From contig NC_045696.1 of the NCBI RefSeq assembly GCF_009834535.1, positions 37,636,001 through 37,700,000 on the forward strand: a DNA stretch of 64,000 bases, read 5' to 3'. The notes under the pieces are model-generated. The model saw only the letters and a list, made by a program, of their open reading frames with translations, did not search any database and was not told the DNA's origin. A program made the translations under genes and the position numbers. Positions within the stretch are counted from its first letter, which is position 1. Each line of letters opens with the position of its first letter. The DNA comes from Camelus ferus. Its lineage: Eukaryota. Of this stretch, positions 24,991 to 37,016 are shown piece after piece.

Positions 24991-26769
24991 TTCTAAAAAA
25001 TATGTAAATTGAATTAATCTTAGTTCATCCTATAACTCATGCAGTTACACATTTATTCAACCATCAGATTTCTGGTGAACACTAGAGAATGAAGGCAAAT
25101 AGTGTTGACTTATTTTCCCTTAGTGCCTATTTGTTTTTTTCACAATTTAATATTGACAGGTGCAATGAATGCCATGTTTCACTAGCTCTCCTCTCTTATT
25201 TTCCTTTTCTCTGAAAACTCTTAAAAAATAGAAAATAAGAACATATTTTTATTGACTGTTCTAAAATTTATCAGTTTCTTCCTTTTCCCTATCCAACTAT
25301 TCCTGTGTCCTTTTCTTATGTCATCATACCCATTAGGCTGAGAGATTGGAAAAATGACAACATATCTGGTTTTTAAGTTGACTCTATCTAAAATTCTGTT
25401 ACAATATGGGGAATAGCAAAGTGAAAAAGGAGGTGCTTAATAACTTGTGAATATCTAGTCTAGAAGTCCAATTATGATTTTATATTTGTGTGTGTGTGTA
25501 TTTTGTTTTGTATTCTGTTTAGGAAACGGGGAATGAGACAGATAGGTAATTTAATTTGTAAACAGTTCAGAGGAACATAACACAATTTACTTACAAGTTT
25601 CTAAAATTCGCATTGAAGAATCAAAGGAAAAATTGCCCATAAAAGTGTGTTTAATCAAAAAATATTGCAGAGAGAAACATATTTTATAGGTGTTAAATAT
25701 AGTTGAATCATTATTTAAAAACCATGGAATCTATATTTAAACATATTAATGCTCACCCCCAAATTAATTTATCCTCTACTTTTCATGGTGTTACACAATA
25801 ACAGAATATTTGAAAATAAATTTCTCCTGTGGTTCTCATATACTATGTTATCAGTGCTGTGTTGACACAGGTGACTTTTAACAGTATCTCCTTCATTGAT
25901 TAATATACCACTCTGGTATCAAACTCCCTGTTTCTTAAGCACAACTACACAATAATCAGGGCTTTGTGTCTTCCCTCAGGCATCTTATTTGAAAATGTCC
26001 AAACTCAGCATATAACTTTTAATAAAAATGTACTGGCTAGATGCCTGTCCAGGGCTCAGCTGCATTGGAGACAGCTGAGCTGCTGGGAACTGGAGTAGCG
26101 TAGACAACACACAAAAACGGAAATAACTCTCAAGGCTTCAACCACTGATTATAATAATATAAGCAACAGGCTAAACTGAAGATGGTGCCAACCTCATTCC
26201 TCTCATTCCGTGTTTTCCACAGCATGGCTCTAGTCTAAGTTCAATTAGATCAGCACACACAGAATATGGAGAATCCTCTCACTGCAGAGGGAGCCCCAAA
26301 CAAAAGGCTCCTGCAGGTTCACAGACGTGGGGGTCAGGGAAAGGCAGTGGGGAGAGGTTAGGAGAAGAAAACTAAGTACGGAGTTAGGGTGGAGAAGTGT
26401 CTTCAACGTTCTCCCTTGTCCCTTAAAGAGGAAGCCCTGGTAGAGGTGCTTGAAAAGGACTCTGGCAAAAATCTCCCTCCTGCTATAAAGAGATCTAAAA
26501 ATGGATACTCCTGAGCTAGGGGTGCCGACATGTGCAAAAGCAAGGCCAACTAGAGGAACCCGAGTCTTTGACTGCAACTCCCTTCAGAGACTGCAATGCA
26601 CTGGCTATGCACCAAAATCTGTGGGGGAGGGCGGCTCTCCCCTCGAAGCTTTCTAGGTAAAGGCTTTGTCATAGCCCAAGTTTGAGCCTGAAACCTTGTC
26701 ACCGGCTAAATAAGCCCATTAACAATTCCCGGGAAATAAAAATAGAAACTGTGTAATAAAATTAAGTCT

Positions 26770-27045
26770 AACCTTTTCCTTTCCTTTGTACTCCGTCTAG
26801 TTTCATTGGCTCATAGGGTGCTGTGTGCAGAGGCCAGGAACCCAGCCCGTCAGACCAGAGTTCCTCGTACAAAACAGCTGTGCGAAACACTTCAGCTCCG
26901 TGCCGAACGCAAAAGCGCTGCACCTGGACACTCCAAGATGGAGACAGCGGGCCTTCTACGCAGTCCCTCCGTCTGGTCCCGTGAGATCTGGAGCCTGAGC
27001 AGAACATCCCGCGAGAACTCCGCCCCCCCCCCCCCACCCCTGCTG
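26770..27045 (-). promoter_or_regulatory. Small CpG-rich promoter / first exon
   Basis: About 15 CpGs in ~235 bp in otherwise CpG-depleted DNA; BANP-type motifs TCCCGCGAGA (27007-27016) and TCCCGTGAGA (26977-26986); YY1-like CAAGATGG (26934-26941); GC box/C-run 27020-27040; CCAAT on the minus strand (~26805-26809); minus-strand donor after 26773. Orientation is inferred. Confidence 0.7.
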
Positions 27046-30000
27046 ATGAGATCCCTGTAAAGCAGCTGGAGAGCCTGTGCTCTAGAGCCGTGAAATTGCA
27101 CCTCTCCATTCTCTGACCAAAGAATAAGCTTTCCTTTGCTTCTGAACTGAATTTGGCCTCCTGTTGGTTCAGATGACATGGGGCAGAAGGAACCTTGCTG
27201 GGGACCAATGTACGAGGGTTGTAACAAAATCATACATAGGTTTTTAGCCGTACTCCTCAGGGCCTTAATACTATGAGGCCCAAACTCCTAGAAGTCTTCA
27301 TTCTTGCTCACCCCCTGAATTTGCCAACTGCTACTCTTTCTAGTCACTGATCTCCTGCCTAGGTATCTAGTGTTGGCAAATTTCTGATACCTCTCATTTG
27401 TTGAATTCTTTTTTTTTTTCCTATCCATACACAAAAAACTAACTTACTTTAGACACATTAATCAATAGTTATGTGTTAGCCTTATTTTAACACAAAAACA
27501 AAACTTAGTATTTCACAAATAACTGTAAAACATCAATTCAAGTCTTATTTTAGGCTATTATCAAATAACTGGTTTAAATCTTTAAGAATCTGTGCCAGTA
27601 TATCAGCAATATTATACATACAATATATAATAATCATATAGCATAAATAAATATAGTAACATAAAATACTCAACTTACACATCTTCTTTACATAACTTTA
27701 TATAATTTCCTGAAATCATGAAGCATTTAAAATGTAAAATTTTCTATTACAACAATCATACATTTCTATCCTTATTAAGAGATTTTATGAAAAAAGTTCT
27801 CAGTTTAATGTACTGTTATTTATCACTCAATAAATAACTTACTGGTAAAAATTTCTTTATGAAGCAAAGCTTGGAGAAATCATATTATCTTTTTCCTTGG
27901 TCATTATCTTATCTCAAATCCCACTTTTGGGGTTAATAACTAGTTAAGCGATTTTTTTGAATGACATGTAGTAGTCATTTAGAATTTGCTTTTTAGGTTT
28001 ATAAATATTTTATAAATTGCGGCACCAGTGAGTCTGATTATAATGGGCACCAAAAGATAGGAAAAAGCAAGTCATATCCTCCTGAATAAAACATACCCCC
28101 TTTTAAATATCACAGATGACATTATTTCAATCAAGAAAATTGTGACCTCATTGGAATAATACTCAGCATAGTCTAGGCAAAAGTTTGAAAACTTTTGAAA
28201 ACATTTAAATTAAAATCATATGAAAGTCTAATATTCTTGGAATGCTTTTGATTAGTTTAAGCCTCCTGAAAAGAGTTATTTTAAGATTAAAAAATTTTTA
28301 TCAATGTAATTTTTTACTTAGAAATGGGAAATAATATACATATTTTTAGATAGTTATAAAATATAAATCAGAAGAGATACTTTGTGTTATGAAAATAAAA
28401 TTGTACATACTAAGTTACTTTTAAATTCCTATATTTAGGGAAGGAATCCTATGAAAAGTTATTCTAAGTCAGTATGTAGATATTTAACTTTTTAATACTG
28501 GAATTTCAAAACTTTCATAATTTTCACTCATAAATCTTGATTTTATTCTTTTCTCATCAATCATGATACATGGCTGAGTTGATTACAATTGTTATCTGAG
28601 GATATAAGTGTAATTTCAAAAGCATATTCCTAAGCACACTCTATTGCCTTTAAAAAGATAAAAAATTAGACTCACAGAAAAAGAAGAGTCAGGAATAAAG
28701 AAGCAGGGGTGATGCAGAAAGTCACCAATGAAGCATTAGGTATTGCAATTATTTCTGGGCTACAGAAATAAAGAATCATAGTTTATTCTAATAAAAATAT
28801 AATTACAATAAAATGACACTTCTAGATGTTACCAGACAGAACTGTCTACCTAAATTGTTAGTAAGCTCCTCAGACATGTGGGTGGCATGAGTCAACCTTC
28901 AGATGAGTCATAGCCAGAAACATCTTCACGCATATACACCTATTTGCCTATTTGGTTAAGATTGCATGGACCTAATCAGGCAGATGCTAATGAAGTAAAG
29001 CTACCTAGGTTCAGCTTTTGTCTAGGAACTCATACAGAATTACAAAATACCTCCATTTAAACAGTGACAGTTTTCTCCATTAAAAAACTGCTCATGAATT
29101 TTAAGACAGATATACATCCTTGGGAATTCTTAACTGGAAAGGTTCATGAAGATCCTCGACTCTCATGTCATCTTTTCACAGATAAAAAAAATTAATGTTT
29201 AGAGAATGTTAAGACTTGTCAAAATTTATACATGATGGGTCATCAAGTAGCTATGATGGGATTTACGTAGCTTATGAAGCCACAAAACACACAGAGCCTG
29301 AATTTCTCTATTTCCTGTATATGAATCTTGCAATGACATAATATTGATAAAAATAATAATATTGGATGGATTTTACATCACCTTCTAAGACCATGATTAA
29401 TAAAGATGTAAATGGATACTTTTTATTCTTTTGTAATTTTTTTCAGCGTTACCAGAATGAAGCAATGAAGCTGGAGTAAATACTACTATGAAGGGATAGG
29501 TTTCTTTGACTGTCTTTTAGCATTTAATATTCTTTTCATGGATTACAGAATATTTTTTCAGTGAACTATTTTGCTTTGGGCTGTAACAGAATTCATGAAG
29601 ATGGTGATTGTAAGGATTCACTAGATTAGGCTCTTTGACTTCTACACTTCTTCCCAAATCATAATATGTTCCTTTCAGTAGTATATTTATTTAACAAGGA
29701 TGTGTAAAGATCTTTCTTTTAATACATGCTGGTATAACCCACTTCATTTACCATTTTACTGCATTAATACAAAATAATTGCTATTCTTTACCTGACATAG
29801 TTCACAGAGGAGTCAAATTGTGGCAAAAAAACATAAGCTTTCTTTTTGTGTTCAAGTGTTTCTATTAAAATATATTGAAAATGTATATAACTATACAACT
29901 CTCCATATAAATGTATATAAATACATATGTGTAAATAAATATGTAATACAAATATAGAAACCCATTTGGTTGTACTCTTGGTTTACTATATACCAATTAG

Positions 30001-30647
30001 CAGGAAACATAACTTATATGCCTAGCAGAAATTAGATTAATAAAAAAAATTTGCTTATCTGAGCACAAAGCTAGTTCTTTTCTCCAGCAGAAATCTTCAA
30101 ACTATGTAAATATTTCTTCTTACCTACTGTACATCCCATCATGCTTATTGTTTCAAATAAAGATTTAACTGAGATTTAACTGGACACTTATAGAGTGTTA
30201 TTGCTAATTGAAAATAGTACTTGAAGCATTTAATTTGAAGGACTGATGATTTTTCTCATTAAAACTCTATCTCCGTGTAGACATAAGATCATGTAAGTAA
30301 TTGTCTTACTGTTTTCAACATTAAGTTATCCTTTAGTTAAATTAGAGCACCTATATAACAATAACAGTTTGATATTAAGATTCACACTTCCATCTTTATT
30401 TCGAGAAAATTATTTTCAAACATTTAATCTTTAACCCTTAAAAACTTCCAGTTGTATTGTAGCATTATCTACTTGAATATTTTATATTATAATAGTAACA
30501 ACTCAATAGAAGTATTTATCTCCAGTTTTACAGAGACAAAGTCATTCAATACAAATAATTTTCAATAGGAAGGTTAAAATATTTTCTTCTAGAATCTATC
30601 ATAGCAAGTAACCAGGGGCAAGGAGAGTAGTTTCTTTCAATCTAGCA

Positions 30648-30836
30648 CAAGGGTTACAAAGTATAGCCATCAGGATGAATTCAGCCTGCTGACTATTTCT
30701 GTGTGGCCTGAGAACTTAGGGAAATACTGACATTTTTAAAATGTAGTAAAACATTTTTTAAACTATGCAACAATTACTATATGTGACCTAAAATATTTAC
30801 TCTATGTTCCTTTACAGAAAAAATTGCTGATTCTGG
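30648..30836 (+). mobile_element. MER58-like hAT-Charlie DNA transposon
   Basis: caagggttacaaagtatagcc...aattcagcctgctgactatttctgtgtggcc...cctaaaatatttactctatgttcctttacagaaaaaattgctgattctg. Confidence 0.8.
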
Positions 30837-30839
30837 ATT

Positions 30840-31030
30840 AGTGTGTTGGTTCAAGGACAGACTCCTTATCAAGTGTATGCCCTTGTAGAGTTACTGAAAA
30901 CTGTTTTCCAGTTTCATTGTCTGTAATATAGGAGCAGTAACAGTTTTTACTTTATAGGGTCATTGTGAAGACAGGTGGATTTATATTTATAAGTTTCTTC
31001 AAATGTAGAGGAAATTGATAAATGTTGGCC
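30840..31030 (+). mobile_element. MIR SINE
   Basis: cagtttcattgtctgtaatataggagcagtaacag...tttatagggtcattgtgaag...ataaatgttgg. Confidence 0.6.
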
Positions 31031-31337
31031 CTTGATAAATGTTTGGTGGCAACATAATCTATAAAATATGACATTTGAGCTTTAATGATAGCAATAGCAA
31101 TCTTCTGATTTTACAAAATTAGTAACTTTTCAGATATTGATGAGATGCTGAAATGATATATCTCAGTAAAAGTATGAATAAAACTAGCAAAAGTAAATTA
31201 AGTTCATGTGTGTTTGTGTATTTTTTAAAATATTAGCTACCATCTCTTTTCGGCTCCTATATACTAAAAATGTGGTAATTATGTTACTTCTAACACTTTG
31301 ACTAGTCATAAAAATAAACATGAGAAGAAGTTAATAT

Positions 31338-32190
31338 CAGACATAATTCCCTGGAAAATAGTGTCTTGAGATCAAGGTTGAACGTGGAGGAATATTGATG
31401 CAAAGTGCTCTCAGCAACAACATGTGTAAGAGAATATGGACAGCAGGATCAAACTGATAAAGATGCTAAACTGTGATGTGGTTGCAACCAAGACTTCTGA
31501 CCGGCAGCTGTGAAGCAGTAACTGACATTCAGATATGTTCAAAGCCGAAGCAAGGGGGCTAGGCTTTTTTATCTCTACAAAAATCAGTTTCCAAATGGTG
31601 GTTACTTGGGGGTAGGCAGTTCCCTTTGGCTGTGGACAATTCTGGGGGAGAAAAGCAACTGTCAAATTTTAATCGGCAATACTCCTAGTAAGTGGGATCC
31701 TCCCTGATCCGTAAAGGGGAATTTGTGTGATATAACACAGCAGTTACTACAGTGTAGCCTTTGCGCAACTCCACTTCATATAGTAAGTTGCTATTAGGAC
31801 CAGATACTCCAAGATTCTAGTTTATCTCTTACTATATAACTATACGAGGGGAAGAACAGGGAAACAAACTACAGCCGCAGTTCCACCAGCTGGCAGTAAA
31901 ATGTAAGTGATATTTATCATCTTCCTCCTTTGTTACCCATTCCAGATTCCACTCAACATCATCTAGCACCATGGCTGAATTAGATACCTATGTGGTGGAG
32001 TGACCCAGATTCTTATTTCTCAGGGATCTGGGCCCCTGGTCACTATGCCTTTCTCAGGCTTTAGGTGACACACTTGTTCATAAAGCATCAATATTGGACA
32101 GTGAAATATGACTCTCCATTTATCTCTGCCAGGCTGGTTACTGCCCTCCTTAACCAGTTTCTTGGAACAAAGAGCCTGAAAATTCAACAC
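31338..32190 (-). mobile_element. ERVL provirus remnant: LTR16/LTR40-like 3' LTR (31338-31751) with adjoining internal sequence (31752-32190)
   Basis: LTR 5' end reads tgtagtaactgctg on the minus strand; adjacent ggagtgacccagattcttatttctcagggatctgggcccctggtcactatgcctttctcagg resembles ERVL-int (HERV16-type) 3' pol. Confidence 0.65.
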
Positions 32191-32430
32191 AATTCCCATT
32201 AAAATCCCAGAAGTATTTTTTTCAACAAACTACTTGAAAATTTATATGGAAAAGGACTTGCAAATGGACCACAGTGGACAAAACAATACTGAAGAAGAGC
32301 TAAATTGGAGAACTCACCTTATCTGATTTTGAAACTTACGTAAAGCTACAGTTATCAAGAAAGTCTTGTACTGGGGTAAGGTTAGATGAAGAGATTAAAG
32401 GAATAGATTAGAAAATCTAGAAATAGACAT
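32190..32430 (+). mobile_element. L1 ORF2 fragment
   Basis: ttcaacacaattcccattaaaatcccag...aaaatttatatggaaa...ttggagaactcaccttatctgattttgaaactta...aaagctacagttatcaag...agaaaatctagaaatagac. Confidence 0.85.
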
Positions 32431-32735
32431 CTTTGTTCATGCTGGCTGCTATAACAGGATACTATAGACTAGGTGGCTTATGAACAAGACAAAATTTTAT
32501 TATAATTTTGGTGGCTGGGAACTAAGATCAAGGCACCGGTAGAGTCAGTGTCCAGTGAGAGCATACTTCCTAGTGCGTAGATTCACTGTGTCCTCACAAA
32601 GAAGAGGGTGAGGGGGCTCTCAGGGGTCTCTTTTACAAAGGCACTAATCCCATTTATGAAGGTCCTGCTGAAGTTTTGATCACCTACCAATGACTCCACT
32701 TCCTTACACCATCACATTCGGGGTTAGACTTTTTA
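32430..32735 (-). mobile_element. MaLR LTR (MLT1A-like)
   Basis: ggctgctataacaggatactatagactaggtggctta...aagatcaaggcaccgg...gggtctcttttacaaaggcactaatcccattt. Confidence 0.85.
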
Positions 32736-32879
32736 TTACTGGGTAATTTATTATTATTATTATTAGAAACCATCTAAATGACACGGCTTAGCTACTGTTT
32801 AGCTATTAAGGGAATTCAGTGTGGCATGGAAAGACATCTCATGAATAAGAGAAAAGAGAAAAACAGTATGAGAGTCTGA

Positions 32880-33060
32880 GTCCATTAATGAAAAATTATA
32901 TGAAAATGTATGCATGTGATAAGATTCTAGAATATGTACCAAAGTGTTAACATAAGTCATTTTTAGTTATAAAATTATAAGTGATCTTTGTATTCTTAAT
33001 TATATTTTCTGTATTTTTGATTTTTTTTAAATGAGCATGTATTACACTTGAAATACAAAA
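32880..33060 (+). mobile_element. Old L1 (L1ME) 3' end fragment
   Basis: accaaagtgttaaca...ttataagtgatctttgtattctt...ttttctgtatttt...aaatgagcatgtattacacttg. Confidence 0.55.
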
Positions 33061-33566
33061 AAGAGGGGCTTTTTTAAAGTGGTAATTTCCTTATTAAATG
33101 TCCTAACAATATCATCTAGATTCGTACAGAACAGAATTTTTTTAGACATATAAATTGCCTTACATCAAGGAATTTTTAATCATGGAAAGTTCTATATAAA
33201 GCTGTAAGTATTTGCTATACACCACATATTTCAAAATAGCCTTTTTGGTAATAGTAGGATTGTATTTCCACCACTGAAGTTAGTTAATAAAATGTGAGTA
33301 CCTATGAAATGTGGCTTTTCCTTGTAGAGACTTTAGGAACCAGTCATGAATCACCATGTTTTCTATTCTCTCTCCAATGAGCCAAATCACAGTTATTCCC
33401 TTAGCCCAGATCTGGAGACGGGAGACCACAGAACAAACCTAGCCAAACTGTGAAGGATACATAGAGTGAGGAAGAAATTACCCTTCATGTTTTTATCATA
33501 TCATCTTCTTCCTCCAATCAAATATAAACGGATACTCCCATTGACAAAATATAAATGGATACTCCC

Positions 33567-34133
33567 ATTGACAGATGACTTGACTAAAGTTGTAACATAT
33601 ATATATATATGTGTGTGTGTGTATGTATATTATATATATATATATATATATATGTATACACACACATATTGCAATACTACTCAGTCATGAAAAAATAATG
33701 AAATAGTGCCATTTGCAGCAACATGGATGGAACTGGAGATCATCATTCTAAGGGAAATAAGCCAAAAAGAGAAACAAAAATAACAAATGATATCACTTAC
33801 ATGTGCAATCTAAAAGACACAAATGAACTTATTTACAAAACAGAAACAAACTCATAGGTATAGAAAACAAACTATGGTTACGGGGATGGTGGGGGGAGTG
33901 ATAAATTGGGAGTTCAAGATTTGTAGATAATAATATATATAAAATGCATAAACAACTTTATACTGTATAGCACAGGGAACTATATTCAATAGCTCGTAGT
34001 AACCCAGAATGAAAAGAATAAGAAAACGAACATATGTATATATATGTATGACTGAAACATTGTTGTACACCAGAAATTGACACAACATTGTAGAGTAACT
34101 ATACTTCAACTAAAAGAAAATAAAAAAAAATAC
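33567..34133 (+). mobile_element. 5'-truncated, relatively young L1 with poly-A tail, TSD and internal (TA)/(TG) microsatellite
   Basis: ccatttgcagcaacatggatggaactggagatcatcattctaag...gaacttatttacaaaacagaaac...tactgtatagcacagggaactatattcaa...aactatacttcaac plus A tail; TSD atggatactccc (33555-33566, 34134-34145). Confidence 0.92.
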
Positions 34134-36464
34134 ATGGATACTCCCTAAAGAAATTTGCATATCACAGCAATATCACTTTTCTCCTCAATATCTGTGACTC
34201 AGTAGGTCACTGTATTATGGATTTGATGGGTTTACTATGAAAGAACTTCTGTACTAAACTTCAAACAACTCTCCAAAGGTTAATTTGGCATACTTCGATT
34301 TGAAGAGTGTTTGTTTTAGAGTGAATATAACATTAATAAATATAGTTTTCTCCTTCCTGGTTTAGTTAAATACATAGTTATTTTTATGTTATTTTTATTA
34401 TGTAGAGTGAAAAAAGAATCATGGAAATAGGCATTTAGAATAGATGGGATAAGAAAGAATTTTGCAGCAATAACTGGAATTATGTAGCATGTAGCAAAAC
34501 AAAGAAAATGAAAGAATTTCAAGAATTTTAATTGAGGAGATACAAAAAAAGTAAATGTAAAAATGTATAAAGAGAGGCTGTTGTGCTTATGCATTTGAAG
34601 TAAAGGTTCTTCCTCAAAAGTAGCCAAGGAAATTACATGGTTAGAAAGACTAGTTTGAGAAGATGTCTGATATAAAATAAATACAAATATGCAAATCATT
34701 CTTGATTTAAACAAAAGGAAACTACAACAACAACAACAACAAAAAAGAGTCAGGAGGTGTAGTCAAACCATAAGTGAAGATATAATTTTGTTCTGTTTTT
34801 ACTTTTGTCTTGTTGAGATTGTCATCTCCTGCTTCTCCTCTTCCATTTTCTTCACCATTTTAATCAGATATATTGTATTTTTTTCATTTCTCACTATGCA
34901 AAAATCTTGAATTGTTATGTTCGCTATCTCTATTGGTGTTTTGAGTTCTTTAATTGCAAATATTGTCTATTGTAAATCAAGTTGAAGATTCACTTTTGTT
35001 TCTTTGTTGATGATAGCTTTGCACATTTGAGAAAAATAGAAAATATTTTCCCTATGTAAATCTTACTAATCACTTTATTTTTAAACTTTTATAAAGGAAA
35101 TTGCTTTATTATTCATTAGGTTTCTTATTATTCCTCTTTTACTTGTCTTCTTCCTCTTTCTCATCCTCTTACTCCTTTTCTTTTTCTCTTCTTTTTTGGA
35201 AGTAGAATAAGTGAAAGATGAAAAAGAGAAAAATAGATATGATCCAATGTAACAAGACAGAAATGTGGAGTATGTTACTAATTTGATATAAAATATGTGA
35301 AAATTATTACACATTTGACTGCTCAGGATAATTAAAAATTTCATTAAATTCTCAGCCAAAATACTCTCCAAAGTAACTATGAGAATACAGAAAAGCATAT
35401 TAGTATAAATGTTGTGACAGTAGTTTGTCTTGTATTCATATTACTCCACTGAGAAATAGTCATTTTTTTCTGCTTAGAGTTGTGAGACCTTGGTGAGTTT
35501 GGATCAAATCAAAAGACTACAAGGAACCCAGCTTAAACTCTGCAGAAGAACGCCTGCAGCAACAGGCTGGGCTGTTAAACACACACACAGTCAATTAAGC
35601 CATTGGATAATAGATCTTTTGTGTTCAGGTAACAAAATAAGCTATTCATTTAAAATATTTATTAGGCCTCCTTTGTTTTCATTCACATTCAAGGATTTCA
35701 AAGAAAATGACAATGTTAATGCTTTCTCTAAATGATCTTCTTCTATTATGACTTATTGTAGAGGTCTATTTTACTCATCTGCTTATGATAATGATAATGC
35801 TGGTTTCTCTGAGGGTAATAAAAGGAAATTATATGAGACTTACTCTCGTTCCCTTGTGATTATTCTTTTCTCTAGCCTACAACATTCAGCCTTGAGAAAA
35901 TGAAACCCAGTGCTTATTTTTATGTGGTGACTACCATCGTAGTCATTTTAATGTAATCACATTATTTACCATCTGTTCTTTGTTTAGCCAAAATTGATTT
36001 TCTGTGTAGTTCATTTGGACACTTGAGACAAATAAGCTATTCATTTGTGTCAGTTTAATGTCTTAGCTACTAGAATTTTAAAAAGAAAATATTTTTCACA
36101 GAACAATATACTTCAAATGCCCTCTAATGCAATATATTTTTGAATTATCCCATTTTGTTTTATAGTTTCTTAAAAGGGGATTATGTATATGCTTTATTAT
36201 TTTTAAGACCTTATAATAAAAGTGACAATTCATTGTTTTAAAAATAAGCATTTTTTTAGAGTAAATGGAATAAAAAAGATTATGTTGCTCTTTTCTAATG
36301 ACTAGAAGCTGTTTCATATCACATGACCTTCTCCTAAATGGTTAATTCTGTCATCACATAACATTAATTTGGGAAAACTACAAATATTTGGCCTAATTGT
36401 TTCTATACTGAGCTAAATTTAATGTAATATGGCATAACATATAATAAGCTATTTATTTATCAGT

Positions 36465-36980
36465 GTTGTATTCCTCAGATAATGACCTCTAGGACCACAC
36501 ATTTAGCCAGTTTGGTTGATTACTTTCTGCAACAAGAAGGTGTTCACATCATAAGGAACAGGGAGGAATCTCCTTGAGAAGCTGTTCCATGTTACTCTTT
36601 AAAGGAATCAGCCTGTGGTAGGTGATTTTGGAGATGGTTCCACAAAGAGGTGTTTTTTTAATTTTTTCTTCTGAATGATTTTAGAAAGTAAGAATAATTC
36701 TATAAGCAAGTATCTTAATTTAATTTAGTGGCTGGGAGAAATGAAGCTAGATTAAAGCTATAATTGGTAAAGAAATAGCAATCAAGTTAGCTGGGAAAAG
36801 AAGTGATTTGGCCACATTTGTGGTTTGCGAATGGTTCTCGTTCTTGTGTGTGAGCAGTCAAGCTTACAGAATAATCTTATGTTCTCAACTAAAGACCTGT
36901 GAAATGTTTTAGGCTCAGCAGGAGAACCCCATGGAGTAGCTGTTAGTGCCAGACCAGTTGGCAGCTTTCAGAGACAACTG
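36465..36980 (-). mobile_element. LTR-like element (ERV1/MER-type, family uncertain)
   Basis: GC-richer block with tttggttgattactttctgcaacaagaagg...aagtatcttaa...taaagctataattggtaaag, typical of reverse-oriented LTRs. Confidence 0.45.
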
Positions 36981-37016
36981 CTCTTCGCCTTCTTATATGT
37001 GTATTACCTTGCTAAT

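Larger units (their letters stand above)
2743..27000 (-). pseudogene. Candidate decayed multi-exon gene or spliced lncRNA transcribed leftwards from the 26.8-27.0 kb promoter; identity unknown; may extend past the left window edge
   Basis: Minus-strand AG/GT-bounded segments in non-repeat DNA: exon 1 ending 26773 (AAG|GTTAGA), 23105-23054, 20956-20799, 9184-8914 (or 8907), 8799-8741, 5129 (or 5008)-4992, 3795-3068, 2804-2743. Translations are protein-like but interrupted by stops and frameshifts. Confidence 0.35.

Noticed and set aside
26768..27233. Overlapping 146-, 113- and 84-aa ORFs at the promoter
   Set aside because: Explained by local high GC content and fewer stop codons; they run through promoter motifs and the C-run
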